DNA of 64,000 nucleotides, taken from assembly GCA_040756515.1 (NCBI GenBank), contig JBFLYW010000001.1, positions 169,840-233,839 on the forward strand. Reading direction: 5' to 3'. Under the pieces are notes generated by a model. It saw only the letters and a program-made list of their open reading frames with translations. It was not told the DNA's origin and made no database searches. The DNA is from Bacteroidota bacterium. Lineage in GTDB: Bacteria; Bacteroidota; Ignavibacteria; Ignavibacteriales; Melioribacteraceae. A program made the position numbers and the translations under genes. Of the stretch, positions 40,572 to 48,980 are shown piece after piece. The stretch's first letter is position 1. Every line of letters starts with the position of its first letter.

Positions 40572-41567
40572 TTACATTTTAATTACAAACGGGGAGGGTG
40601 AAAACGAAATAATGAAAATAATCATTGTAGCATAACCAATTATCATTCTTACAGAATCTAATCTTTCAGGAAATGGAACCGGAGGATGTTTTACTTTTAT
40701 TACGAAGTAAAGTATGAAAGCCCACAAGAGCCATCCTGTCCAACCGAAGCCCAAATCATAATTAAGCAGTGAACTTAATAGCCCCGATATACCAAGAAAA
40801 GCTAAAGCCAGCATAGAAATACTAGCAACGGCTTCATGAATTTTTGCCCCGAACATACTGAAAATAATATGCCCGCCGTCTAATTGTCCAACGGGTACCA
40901 GATTCATAGCTGTTATGAAAAGTCCGAACCATCCTACACATAAATAAGGGTAATGATAAATTTCTGACATGGGCGGCACAAACTGATCAGAATTTGTAAA
41001 GAGAATCCTAAGTATTTCGAATAAAATTGTTCCGCCAAATTCCAAATGTATTCCTTCTTTTCCGTATTCTGGAGAAAAATAATCGGGATGAATTTGTAAA
41101 ATGTAATCAACAGGAGGAAGATTGGTAAAACCGTATATTAGAACTGCAGTGCTGGCAAGAAAACCGGCTATTGGTCCGGCGGCTCCAATATCAAACATAG
41201 CTTTATTATTTGGGATAACCGATTTAGTTCTTATAACAGCTCCCATAGTTCCGAAATTGAAAAATCCCGGAATTGGTGGAAACGGAATATAATACGGCAG
41301 CGTTGCTCTTACTTTGTGATAGAGCGCAGCAAAGTAATGACCAAATTCATGAAAGGTTAGTATAAATAGAATCGAAATTGCATAAGGTAAACCGCGAACC
41401 ATATCTGAAAATTCATAAGGTCCGCCTTTCCCTGTTGTCCATTCCATTCCCGCAATTATAGTTGTGAAAAAAGTAATAACAAATAATACTATATGAATGA
41501 AATAAGATTTCTTTTTTGACTTATCCTCAAATGCTTCTTTAGAGGAGAATGAAAATTCATCAGACAT
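40572..41567 (-). CDS. Site-2 protease family (M50) zinc metalloprotease
   Basis: 331-aa polytopic membrane protein with HEFGHYFAA (HExxH) in a TM segment and a downstream NLVPVGQLDGGH motif. Confidence 0.8.
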   Translation of the reverse strand: MSDEFSFSSKEAFEDKSKKKSYFIHIVLFVITFFTTIIAGMEWTTGKGGPYEFSDMVRGLPYAISILFILTFHEFGHYFAALYHKVRATLPYYIPFPPIPGFFNFGTMGAVIRTKSVIPNNKAMFDIGAAGPIAGFLASTAVLIYGFTNLPPVDYILQIHPDYFSPEYGKEGIHLEFGGTILFEILRILFTNSDQFVPPMSEIYHYPYLCVGWFGLFITAMNLVPVGQLDGGHIIFSMFGAKIHEAVASISMLALAFLGISGLLSSLLNYDLGFGWTGWLLWAFILYFVIKVKHPPVPFPERLDSVRMIIGYATMIIFIISFSPSPFVIKM

Positions 41568-41569
41568 AA

Positions 41570-42391
41570 TTATAGATCCAAATTTATTCCAATTGCAGAA
41601 TATGTATTGTTGAAATCGAAATATTGACCGTGAATACTTTTACCTGAATAAAAATTAAAGTAAATACTTATCCCTCTGCCTTCAGGCTTACCATATTTTA
41701 TTCCGGCTGCGAGCGAATGGTTTGCAGAATATTTATTGATATGAACAAGCATAAAATCATAAGCGAGAAAAGGAGACAACATTTCTGATGCAAATTCTTT
41801 AACAATGTAATCAAATCCAAGCTGGTAATTATCCCTGCCCAGATTTTCTGGCGTTACATTGAAAAGATACGTGAGACCAGCATAAATACGAAATGAGTTA
41901 AATCTTACAAAGGGCATTAATTCAAAAAATTCCCGACTGTATACTTTTGGATTTAGCCCATAACGCCATTGCCCTTTTGATGCATCAAAATGTCCGTCTA
42001 CAAAATGGGCACTTATATGACTAATTCTTAATCTAGCACCATATTCAATTTTCTCTACTACTTTTTTATAACTGCCATTTATACCAAATAAATAATCTAC
42101 AGCATCAACCGGAAAATGAAAATCTTTTTCGCCTCTCAAAAGTGTGTAAGTAAATAGATCAGCCCCAAAAGAAATGGCTTCGTCATCATTTAATCGATAA
42201 TGAAAAACATCGAGCGAATTTCCGATATCTAAACGTAATTCATTTTTAGAAAGCTGAAATAAGAATCCTAATTTCGGTTCAAGAGTATTTGCAATAAAAG
42301 GTTGCACATTTAAATTACCCGGAAATAACTCCAGAATCTGTGAATAAGATGTTATTGTAAATAAGAAAAAGAGCGTAATAAATTTTTTCAT
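41570..42391 (-). CDS. Predicted outer-membrane beta-barrel protein (DUF1207-like)
   Basis: 273 aa. Signal peptide, N-terminal LFPGNLNVQPFIANTLEPKLGF, alternating beta-strand pattern and a C-terminal GINLDL. The family assignment is tentative. Confidence 0.45.
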   Translation of the reverse strand: MKKFITLFFLFTITSYSQILELFPGNLNVQPFIANTLEPKLGFLFQLSKNELRLDIGNSLDVFHYRLNDDEAISFGADLFTYTLLRGEKDFHFPVDAVDYLFGINGSYKKVVEKIEYGARLRISHISAHFVDGHFDASKGQWRYGLNPKVYSREFFELMPFVRFNSFRIYAGLTYLFNVTPENLGRDNYQLGFDYIVKEFASEMLSPFLAYDFMLVHINKYSANHSLAAGIKYGKPEGRGISIYFNFYSGKSIHGQYFDFNNTYSAIGINLDL

Positions 42392-42428
42392 ATAACTTTA
42401 TTAGTAGATACTCCTGAAATTAATTCTT

Positions 42429-42815
42429 TGTCATTTCGACACCATCGTTGACGAATCCGAAGAGTCGAACCTAAACCTTGAAGGTTATGAGTTGTTATTT
42501 AATTCTGCATAACATTCAAGGTTGTTGATTCTTCAGGCATACCGACTGTGTCGGTATTCCATCAGAATGACAGAGAAGAAAGTGTCCTGTCATTCTGAAC
42601 CGAACCTAAACCTTGAAGGTCAAGAGTTGTTATCTATTTCCGCACGACCTTCAAGGTTGTTGATTCGCTTCGCTCCTCAGAATGACAATGTGAGGTGAAC
42701 TGTCATTCTGAACCGAACGAAGTGAAGTGAAGAATCGATTCGTAGTTTCTCAGTCTCCCGACAAGTCGGGATCCATCGAAATGACATATCTTAGTCGCTT
42801 CGCTCCTTCGAAATT
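42429..42815. repeat. Cluster of three nested palindromic (REP/MITE-like) units
   Basis: Unit 1 is 42429..42572, unit 2 is 42588..42687 and unit 3 is 42701..42786. Each is bounded by TGTCATT(C/T)(T/C)GA ... T(C)(A/G)(G/A)AATGACA. Units 1 and 2 contain an inner ACCTTGAAGGT...ACCTTCAAGGT hairpin, and unit 3 contains CCCGACAAGTCGGG. The cluster is homologous, in inverted orientation, to 59731..60160. Confidence 0.85.
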
Positions 42816-43264
42816 AAATTTCTGAATATATCAGAAGCCAATTTATAATTTAATTTCCTGTAATTATACACCCTTGAATATAAATTAACTAAAACCTCGT
42901 CCACTTCCTTTCAATGCTACGGTTGGGTAATACAATAAAAGGAAGTAGAACCAGATAAATAATAAAGTATTATTCGAACGCCAGAAAATAACTAAATCGA
43001 AATTTCAATTTCAGTTTCTTAAACACCGGCAAAACAAAAAAATAATCGATGCACAATTTTAAGAAGCACAAATATAAAGTCGAGATTGTCAAAAAGAAAG
43101 GATTTATTAACATACATAGGTGAGTTCAAAACCCGCACTGCATAACTAAATAGCCAATTTAATCCAAATTTTTCATTAGAAAAATTTGGGTTAAATATAA
43201 ATAATAATTGTAAGCTAAGCATTATATTGCTGACATAATTTCTACAAATTAGATTACAAACTAA

Positions 43265-44053
43265 ATGCATTCTAAAATTAGACCGCTTAAACGGTTCGGA
43301 CAAAATTATTTAGTTGATAAAAATATTATTAACAAAATAGTAGATACTTTTAATCCCTCTAAAGATGAAACAATTATAGAAATAGGTCCCGGTACAGGTG
43401 CTCTAACCAGAGCAATCTTCGAAAGAATTGGACCTTATACTGTTGTTGAAATAGATAAACGGGTTATAGAGGACTTAAAAAGAGAGCTGCCGGGAATAAA
43501 TGTAATACATAAGGATTTTATTGAAATTAATTTGGAGGAACTAACCAGCCGAAATAAAAAACTAAGAGTAGTTGGAAATATTCCTTACAATATTACATCA
43601 TCTATATTGTTCAAATTATTTAGTGAACGAAAGATTATGAATGATGCACTTCTTATGGTACAATATGAGGTTGCAAAAAGAATGCTGGCTGATAGGGGAA
43701 CTAAAGACTACGGAATATTAAGTGTGTTGATAAATTATTTCACAGATTCAAAATTATGTTTCAAAATTTCTCCAAATGTTTTTTACCCAAAACCTAAAGT
43801 ATGGTCTGCCATTGTTCATCTCAAATTTAATAATAAAGTAATCAGCAGCGTAAGCGACGTAGATTTTATAAAAGTAGTTAAGGCATCATTCGGAAACAGA
43901 AGAAAGATTCTTAAAAATTCTTTAAGTAATAGTATATTTAGAAAGTCTATCGCAGATTTAAGAAGTTTTTCCTTAAATAGACGCGCGGAAGAATTATCAA
44001 CCGGTGATTTTATTGAACTGACAAAACTTTTAAAGGAGAATCCGGATGGCTGA
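43265..44053 (+). CDS. rsmA: 16S rRNA (adenine1518/1519-N6)-dimethyltransferase
   Basis: 262 aa. RFGQNYLVD, EIGPGTGALT and GNIPYNITS motifs. Confidence 0.9.
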   Translation: MHSKIRPLKRFGQNYLVDKNIINKIVDTFNPSKDETIIEIGPGTGALTRAIFERIGPYTVVEIDKRVIEDLKRELPGINVIHKDFIEINLEELTSRNKKLRVVGNIPYNITSSILFKLFSERKIMNDALLMVQYEVAKRMLADRGTKDYGILSVLINYFTDSKLCFKISPNVFYPKPKVWSAIVHLKFNNKVISSVSDVDFIKVVKASFGNRRKILKNSLSNSIFRKSIADLRSFSLNRRAEELSTGDFIELTKLLKENPDG

Positions 44054-45422
44054 AGAATTAAAAAGTTTGCACGACCTACTAGAAGAAGATCCGGAAATAG
44101 TAGATAATATAAGAGTACTGATTGAAGAACAAGCTTCACAGAGCTTACTTGGCATTTTCAAAGATATTCATCCTGCAGATATTGCAGAAATAATAAATCA
44201 TCTTAATGTTAATGATGCAAAATATGCCTTCAGCATCTTAGATACCGAAACTGCAAGCGAAGTAATTACAGAAATTGATGAACATCTAAGAGAAAAGATT
44301 CTTGAAGATGTAACAGCAGAAAAAATTGCAGATATAGTTGACGAACTTGATACCGACGACGCTACAGACATTGTAGGTGTGCTTCCGGATAATGTAGCAG
44401 AGCAGGTGCTGGAATATATAGAGCCAGAGTCTTCCGAAGATGTAAAAGAACTTCTCAAATACCGCGAGGATTCTGCCGGCGGTATAATGAACAGCGATTT
44501 TGTTTGTGTTACAGAAGAAGCAACTATAAGTGATGCTATTGAAGAAGTAAGAAAACAAGCCGATAATATTGACCATATTTACTATATCTTTGTTACTAAA
44601 ACCAATAATGAGCTGATCGGATTTATCTTGCTTAAATCGCTGCTGCTGCATCCTCTCGAAACAAAGGTTTCCGAAATTCTAGAAGAAGATTTAATAACCG
44701 TGCATCCGGAAGACGATCAGGAGTTAGTTGCTAATCTTATGAAAAAATACGACCTTGTTTCCATTCCAGTTGTGAATGACAACGGAATAATTTTGGGACG
44801 AATAACAATTGACGATATAGTTGATGTTATAGGCGAAGAAGCTGAAGAAGATATTCAGAAGATTGCCGGGTTATCCGAAGAAGAAGAGATAAGCGACAGC
44901 TCCATTAAAATATCTCGCATTAGACTTCCATGGCTCTTTGTTGCATTATTTGGTGAATTGATTAGCGCTGTGGTGCTATCCTCATTTCAGGCTTCAATAG
45001 AAAAAATTCTTATTGCAAGTTTTTTCATACCTGTCGTTATGGCAATGGGCGGCAGCTCCGGCACTCAGGCAGCAATAGTAATGGTAAGAAGATTATCCCA
45101 ATATGAAATATGGTTTACTAACAGCTACAAGAAAATATTCAAGGAATTTATTGTAGGTCTATTAAATGGAATAATGTGTGGAGCTATATTGATAATTGCA
45201 ACTCATTTTCTTTTTAATGCAGAGATAAAGTTTTCAATTGTACTTTCCATTTCCTTACTGGTTATTATGATTTTTGCCACTGTTGTTGGCGCTTCTATTC
45301 CGCTTATTCTTAAAAAATTCGGTGCCGATCCGGCTGTAGCAACCGGTCCGTTTGTTACAACAATGAATGATGTGTTCGGGTTAAGCATTTATCTGTCAAT
45401 TATTACTGTTGCTTTTCTCTGA
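44046..45422 (+). CDS. mgtE: Magnesium transporter MgtE
   Basis: 458 aa. Acidic N-domain, tandem CBS domains and a C-terminal TM domain with GGSSGTQ and PFVTTMNDVFGL motifs. Its start overlaps the rsmA stop. Confidence 0.9.
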   Translation: MAEELKSLHDLLEEDPEIVDNIRVLIEEQASQSLLGIFKDIHPADIAEIINHLNVNDAKYAFSILDTETASEVITEIDEHLREKILEDVTAEKIADIVDELDTDDATDIVGVLPDNVAEQVLEYIEPESSEDVKELLKYREDSAGGIMNSDFVCVTEEATISDAIEEVRKQADNIDHIYYIFVTKTNNELIGFILLKSLLLHPLETKVSEILEEDLITVHPEDDQELVANLMKKYDLVSIPVVNDNGIILGRITIDDIVDVIGEEAEEDIQKIAGLSEEEEISDSSIKISRIRLPWLFVALFGELISAVVLSSFQASIEKILIASFFIPVVMAMGGSSGTQAAIVMVRRLSQYEIWFTNSYKKIFKEFIVGLLNGIMCGAILIIATHFLFNAEIKFSIVLSISLLVIMIFATVVGASIPLILKKFGADPAVATGPFVTTMNDVFGLSIYLSIITVAFL

Positions 45423-45424
45423 TA

Positions 45425-46411
45425 ATGAAAAGTCCGGCGCCTCTTAAATACTTTATGAACGCAACAGATATAATTGTGATCTCGTTTTGTGCTCTTCTCT
45501 CTTTACTTAATATAATTTTCTTTTATCGTGTAGAGTTCTGGTATCTGAATTTGATTATCAATTCGGTTATCCTTTTTTTCATTTTTTTAATTGCATGCAA
45601 AATAAGGAAAGGCAAAAGTCTAATTTGGAATCACGTCCATTACTGGTATCTGGTCCCATTGATATTAATTCTTTTCAAAGAGCTTTATTTCATGGTTGAT
45701 CCAATACGCGGTGTAATTTATGACGATTTCTTAATATCGATCGACCGGTTTATTTTTGGTACTGACCCCACTGTAGAATTGTACAAAATATCTAATCCTG
45801 TTCTTACAGAATTACTGCAAATAGTTTACGCAACTTTTTTCTTTCTGCCGATAATACTTTGTGTAGAGTTTATTCTTAAGAATAGAACAATAGAACTTGA
45901 CTACAGCTCATTTATTATTGTTTATGGTTTTATTTTATCGTTTATTGGTTATTTATTGGTTCCTGCAATTGGACCAAGATTTACACTTCACGATTTTGCA
46001 GCTAATAACATTGAAATGCCCGGATTATTTTTTACAGATATGCTAAGGGAAATAGTAAATTCTGGAGAATCGATTCCAAGCGGTACAATAAATCCTGCGC
46101 AGGTTGTTCAACGTGATGTATTCCCGAGCGGACATACACAAATGACTCTTTTAGTAATATTTCTTGCATTCAAGTTTAAGAGCCGATTAAAATATTTTTT
46201 TCTGATCAATGGAACGTTATTGATTTTTGCTACCGTTTATCTAAGATATCATTATGTAATCGATCTTATAGCCGGAATTGTTTTTATGATTTTTACGCTC
46301 TGGAGCGGTAAATTTATTTATAACCGCTGGAATAAAGAAATTGGAAAAAAATCCTTTGATTATTCTTTGTCTAAAAAAAGTCAGGTTAAAATACCGGCAT
46401 CAACTTTTTGA
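45425..46411 (+). CDS. PAP2-superfamily membrane phosphatase-like protein
   Basis: 328-aa multi-TM protein with PSGHT and a later RYHYVIDLIAG (SRxxxxxHxxxD-type) PAP2 motif. Substrate unknown. Confidence 0.65.
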   Translation: MKSPAPLKYFMNATDIIVISFCALLSLLNIIFFYRVEFWYLNLIINSVILFFIFLIACKIRKGKSLIWNHVHYWYLVPLILILFKELYFMVDPIRGVIYDDFLISIDRFIFGTDPTVELYKISNPVLTELLQIVYATFFFLPIILCVEFILKNRTIELDYSSFIIVYGFILSFIGYLLVPAIGPRFTLHDFAANNIEMPGLFFTDMLREIVNSGESIPSGTINPAQVVQRDVFPSGHTQMTLLVIFLAFKFKSRLKYFFLINGTLLIFATVYLRYHYVIDLIAGIVFMIFTLWSGKFIYNRWNKEIGKKSFDYSLSKKSQVKIPASTF

Positions 46412-46707
46412 ATAGTCTCTACTATAAGGTAAAAATATCTATCGAGAGAACAGTTTGCATCTTCGCGTAAGTAGCAATATCCATCAGGATTTTGTACTAA
46501 ACATTCTGCGCATACAGATTCTTTTATGTTTTTATATATTTTTGTCAGTTCTTCATTCTCATTGTTTTGAATTATATCAATAATTTTGGGAAGAAATAGT
46601 TCAACTGCACAAGTTTCTTTTTCGTTTAGCGTGCAGCGTCCTTTTTCATTGGAATCAACACAAATGGCACAAATGTTTTGTTTAATAGCTTTTAGATATT
46701 TATCCAT
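46381..46707 (-). CDS. Small cysteine-rich protein with an internally duplicated 4-Cys module
   Basis: 108 aa with two similar halves: CAICVDSNEKGRCTLNEKETCAVELFLPKIIDII and CAECLVQNPDGYCYLREDANCSLDRYFYLIVETI. I do not recognise a family. Its 3' end overlaps the convergent PAP2 gene by 31 nt. Confidence 0.5.
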   Translation of the reverse strand: MDKYLKAIKQNICAICVDSNEKGRCTLNEKETCAVELFLPKIIDIIQNNENEELTKIYKNIKESVCAECLVQNPDGYCYLREDANCSLDRYFYLIVETIQKVDAGILT

Positions 46708-46756
46708 AATCGAGTCTTAATTTTTTTGTCAAAAAAGTAATAATTAATTTCCTAAA

Positions 46757-47452
46757 ATGAAAGAAACAATAACTAAAAAGGAACGCGTAAAAAGAATCTT
46801 TGATTCCATTGCTCACAAGTATGATTTTCTGAATCATCTCCTAAGTCTTGGTATTGATTTCTACTGGAGGAAAAAAGCTATCCAATTAACCGGCTTAGAT
46901 AATAATTCGATGTTACTTGATATTGCATGCGGAACGGGCGATTTCTCTCTTGCTGCTATTAGATCCGGTGTTAAAAATATTTTTGGTGCCGACCTATCAA
47001 TAAATATGCTTCACTTGATCAATAAAAAGGTTCCCTTCATAAAAGGAAAAACATCCCAGTGTGCTGCAGAATTTTTACCATTTAAAGACGATTCTTTTAC
47101 TAACGTTATTGCAGCATTCGGGGTAAGAAATTTTTATGATATCAGAGCGGGATTCAAACAATTTCACAGAGTATTAAAACAGAATGGCAGAGCCACAATA
47201 CTCGAATTCAGACTTCCTGAAAACAGAACTATTAAGAATCTCTATTTAGTTTATTTCAACAAAGTACTTCCTTTCATCGGAAAAATAATTTCTAAAGACC
47301 GTGAAGCTTACAAATACTTACCTGAGTCTGTAAATGAATTCGATGAAAAAATTGCGCTTGTGGATTTATTAAAACAGAGCGGATTTTTAAAAGTGGAATA
47401 TTATTCCATTACATTCGGCTTAGTCCAGATCGTAATTGCTCATAAAACATAA
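46757..47452 (+). CDS. ubiE: Demethylmenaquinone / ubiquinone C-methyltransferase
   Basis: 231 aa. FDSIAHKYDFLNHLLSLGID.YWRK followed by the SAM motif LDIACGTGD is the classic UbiE/MenG N-terminus. Confidence 0.85.
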   Translation: MKETITKKERVKRIFDSIAHKYDFLNHLLSLGIDFYWRKKAIQLTGLDNNSMLLDIACGTGDFSLAAIRSGVKNIFGADLSINMLHLINKKVPFIKGKTSQCAAEFLPFKDDSFTNVIAAFGVRNFYDIRAGFKQFHRVLKQNGRATILEFRLPENRTIKNLYLVYFNKVLPFIGKIISKDREAYKYLPESVNEFDEKIALVDLLKQSGFLKVEYYSITFGLVQIVIAHKT

Positions 47453-47715
47453 TTCGATCAATTGAACTAACACAATTAGCAGATATTCAATAACGCGGCA
47501 AAAGAAGCGGCTATTTATCTCTTGAATATCAGAAATAATTTGTAACGGCTGACTATATCTATGATTTATATCTCTTCATTATTTCTTCAACTTGATGACG
47601 ATTATAATCCGAAGAACAAAGCATTAATCCGCCGGATGTAATTACTGTTCGGATAGCTTGTTGCTTTCTCTAAGGGATGACATAACAAACGAATTGACGG
47701 CTAAAATAAAATAAA

Positions 47716-48287
47716 CCCAGATTTGTCATTAGTAAAAAGTTCTATTGACCGCCATTAGAAAAAAGTAGTGTTAAGTTGTTTTAGAATAATAAGTTCAGTT
47801 TTGGGTTACTGAGGTAGTTTTGGCAATTAACTGTAAGAAAAACAGACTAAGGAAACATAATTGCTATTTGATAATTGTCTTTATAGACGAACTGGGTTTC
47901 TATGACAAAATCTGGTTTAATAAGGTAATAAGGTTACCTGTAAGGCTAAGTTTTGGTTACTAAGGTTTCCTCAATCAGATATTTGTTACTTGTTTGATTT
48001 GTAACTGGCGGACAGTTACCTAACGATTGAACCTTAGTAACAGTGAAGAAGAGAGAAACAAATGACCTTATTACCTTATATGAGTGTAAGAAAATAATTG
48101 GAAAAGTGTTTCTGCAAAGTAGAAATAACTTCACTTCAGCAAATGTATAAACAATTCTTACTTTATAAGGTATTGAAAGCAGGAGAAAATTGATGGTTAC
48201 AATAAATCTCTTATTCTTGCTAATACTCAGGAACTTAGGAACTCAGCTCCATTATTGGTTTTCAGTACTTCTAATGACAAATCTGGG
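47716..48287 (+). mobile_element. Copy 3 of the ~570-bp non-coding TIR element (close relative of copy 1)
   Basis: Termini are CCCAGATTTGTCATTAG ... CTAATGACAAATCTGGG. Flanks are ATAAA / ATAAT. It is near-identical to copy 1, apart from scattered substitutions and an 8-bp tandem duplication (AGGAACTT AGGAACTC) near the right end. Confidence 0.8.
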
Positions 48288-48361
48288 ATAATTAGATAAG
48301 GAGCAAAAATAATAGGAGAATAACAGAGCAGTGAATAGAAAAATCAAATTTATTTAATACA

Positions 48362-48955
48362 CTAACAGTCAATAAATAATGAACTTAATTTTTCTTTAAG
48401 CTGACTGAAGGAAATAGCACGATGACTTATTCTGTTTTTTAATTCTAGGTCCATTTCGCCAACAGTAATTTCGCAGCCTTCCGGAATGAAGATAGGATCG
48501 TACCCAAAACCATTACCGCCTCTTTTTTCTTTTATTATAACACCATGCAATTCGCCCACAGTTTCAATTCTATTTTTGCCGTCGTAAAAAATTGCATTGC
48601 TTATAAACTTTGCTTTATGAGGTTCTGGAAAATCTGAAAGCTCCATAATCACTTTAGAATTGTTATCATCGTAAGTACAATTTTCACCGGCGTATCTTGC
48701 AGAGATTACACCTGGTCTTCCATCGAGCTGTTCAATTACTAATCCGGAGTCGTCTGCGATAGTAGGTTCTTTATAGATATCGTAAATGGATTTTACTTTC
48801 AACCAGGCATTTTCAGAAAAAGTAAGACCCGTTTCTTCAATTTCAATATTATTTCCGAGGTCGTAAAGTGAAACTATTTCGAAATGTGAGTTATTAAAAA
48901 TATTTTTTACTTCATTAACCTTTCCTCTATTCTGGCTTGCAAAAATAATTTTCAA
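48362..48955 (-). CDS. rdgB: Non-canonical purine NTP pyrophosphatase (XTP/dITP diphosphatase)
   Basis: 197 aa. IFASQNRGKVNE, DDSGL and GFGYDPIF motifs of the Ham1/RdgB family. Confidence 0.85.
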   Translation of the reverse strand: MKIIFASQNRGKVNEVKNIFNNSHFEIVSLYDLGNNIEIEETGLTFSENAWLKVKSIYDIYKEPTIADDSGLVIEQLDGRPGVISARYAGENCTYDDNNSKVIMELSDFPEPHKAKFISNAIFYDGKNRIETVGELHGVIIKEKRGGNGFGYDPIFIPEGCEITVGEMDLELKNRISHRAISFSQLKEKLSSLFIDC

Positions 48956-48980
48956 GAGATACTCCGTAATTAATAATTAG

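Noticed and set aside
43019-43303. 94-aa minus-strand ORF upstream of and overlapping the rsmA start
   Set aside because: It has an AT-rich, low-complexity translation, no recognisable motifs, and overlaps the rsmA start. It is likely spurious.
47560-47715. Short minus-strand reading frame (...AIRTVITSGGLMLCSSDYNRHQVEEIMKRYKS*) next to element copy 3, considered as a gene remnant disrupted by the insertion
   Set aside because: The frame is closed by a TAG only ~36 codons upstream and does not continue across the element. It is too short and has no diagnostic motif.
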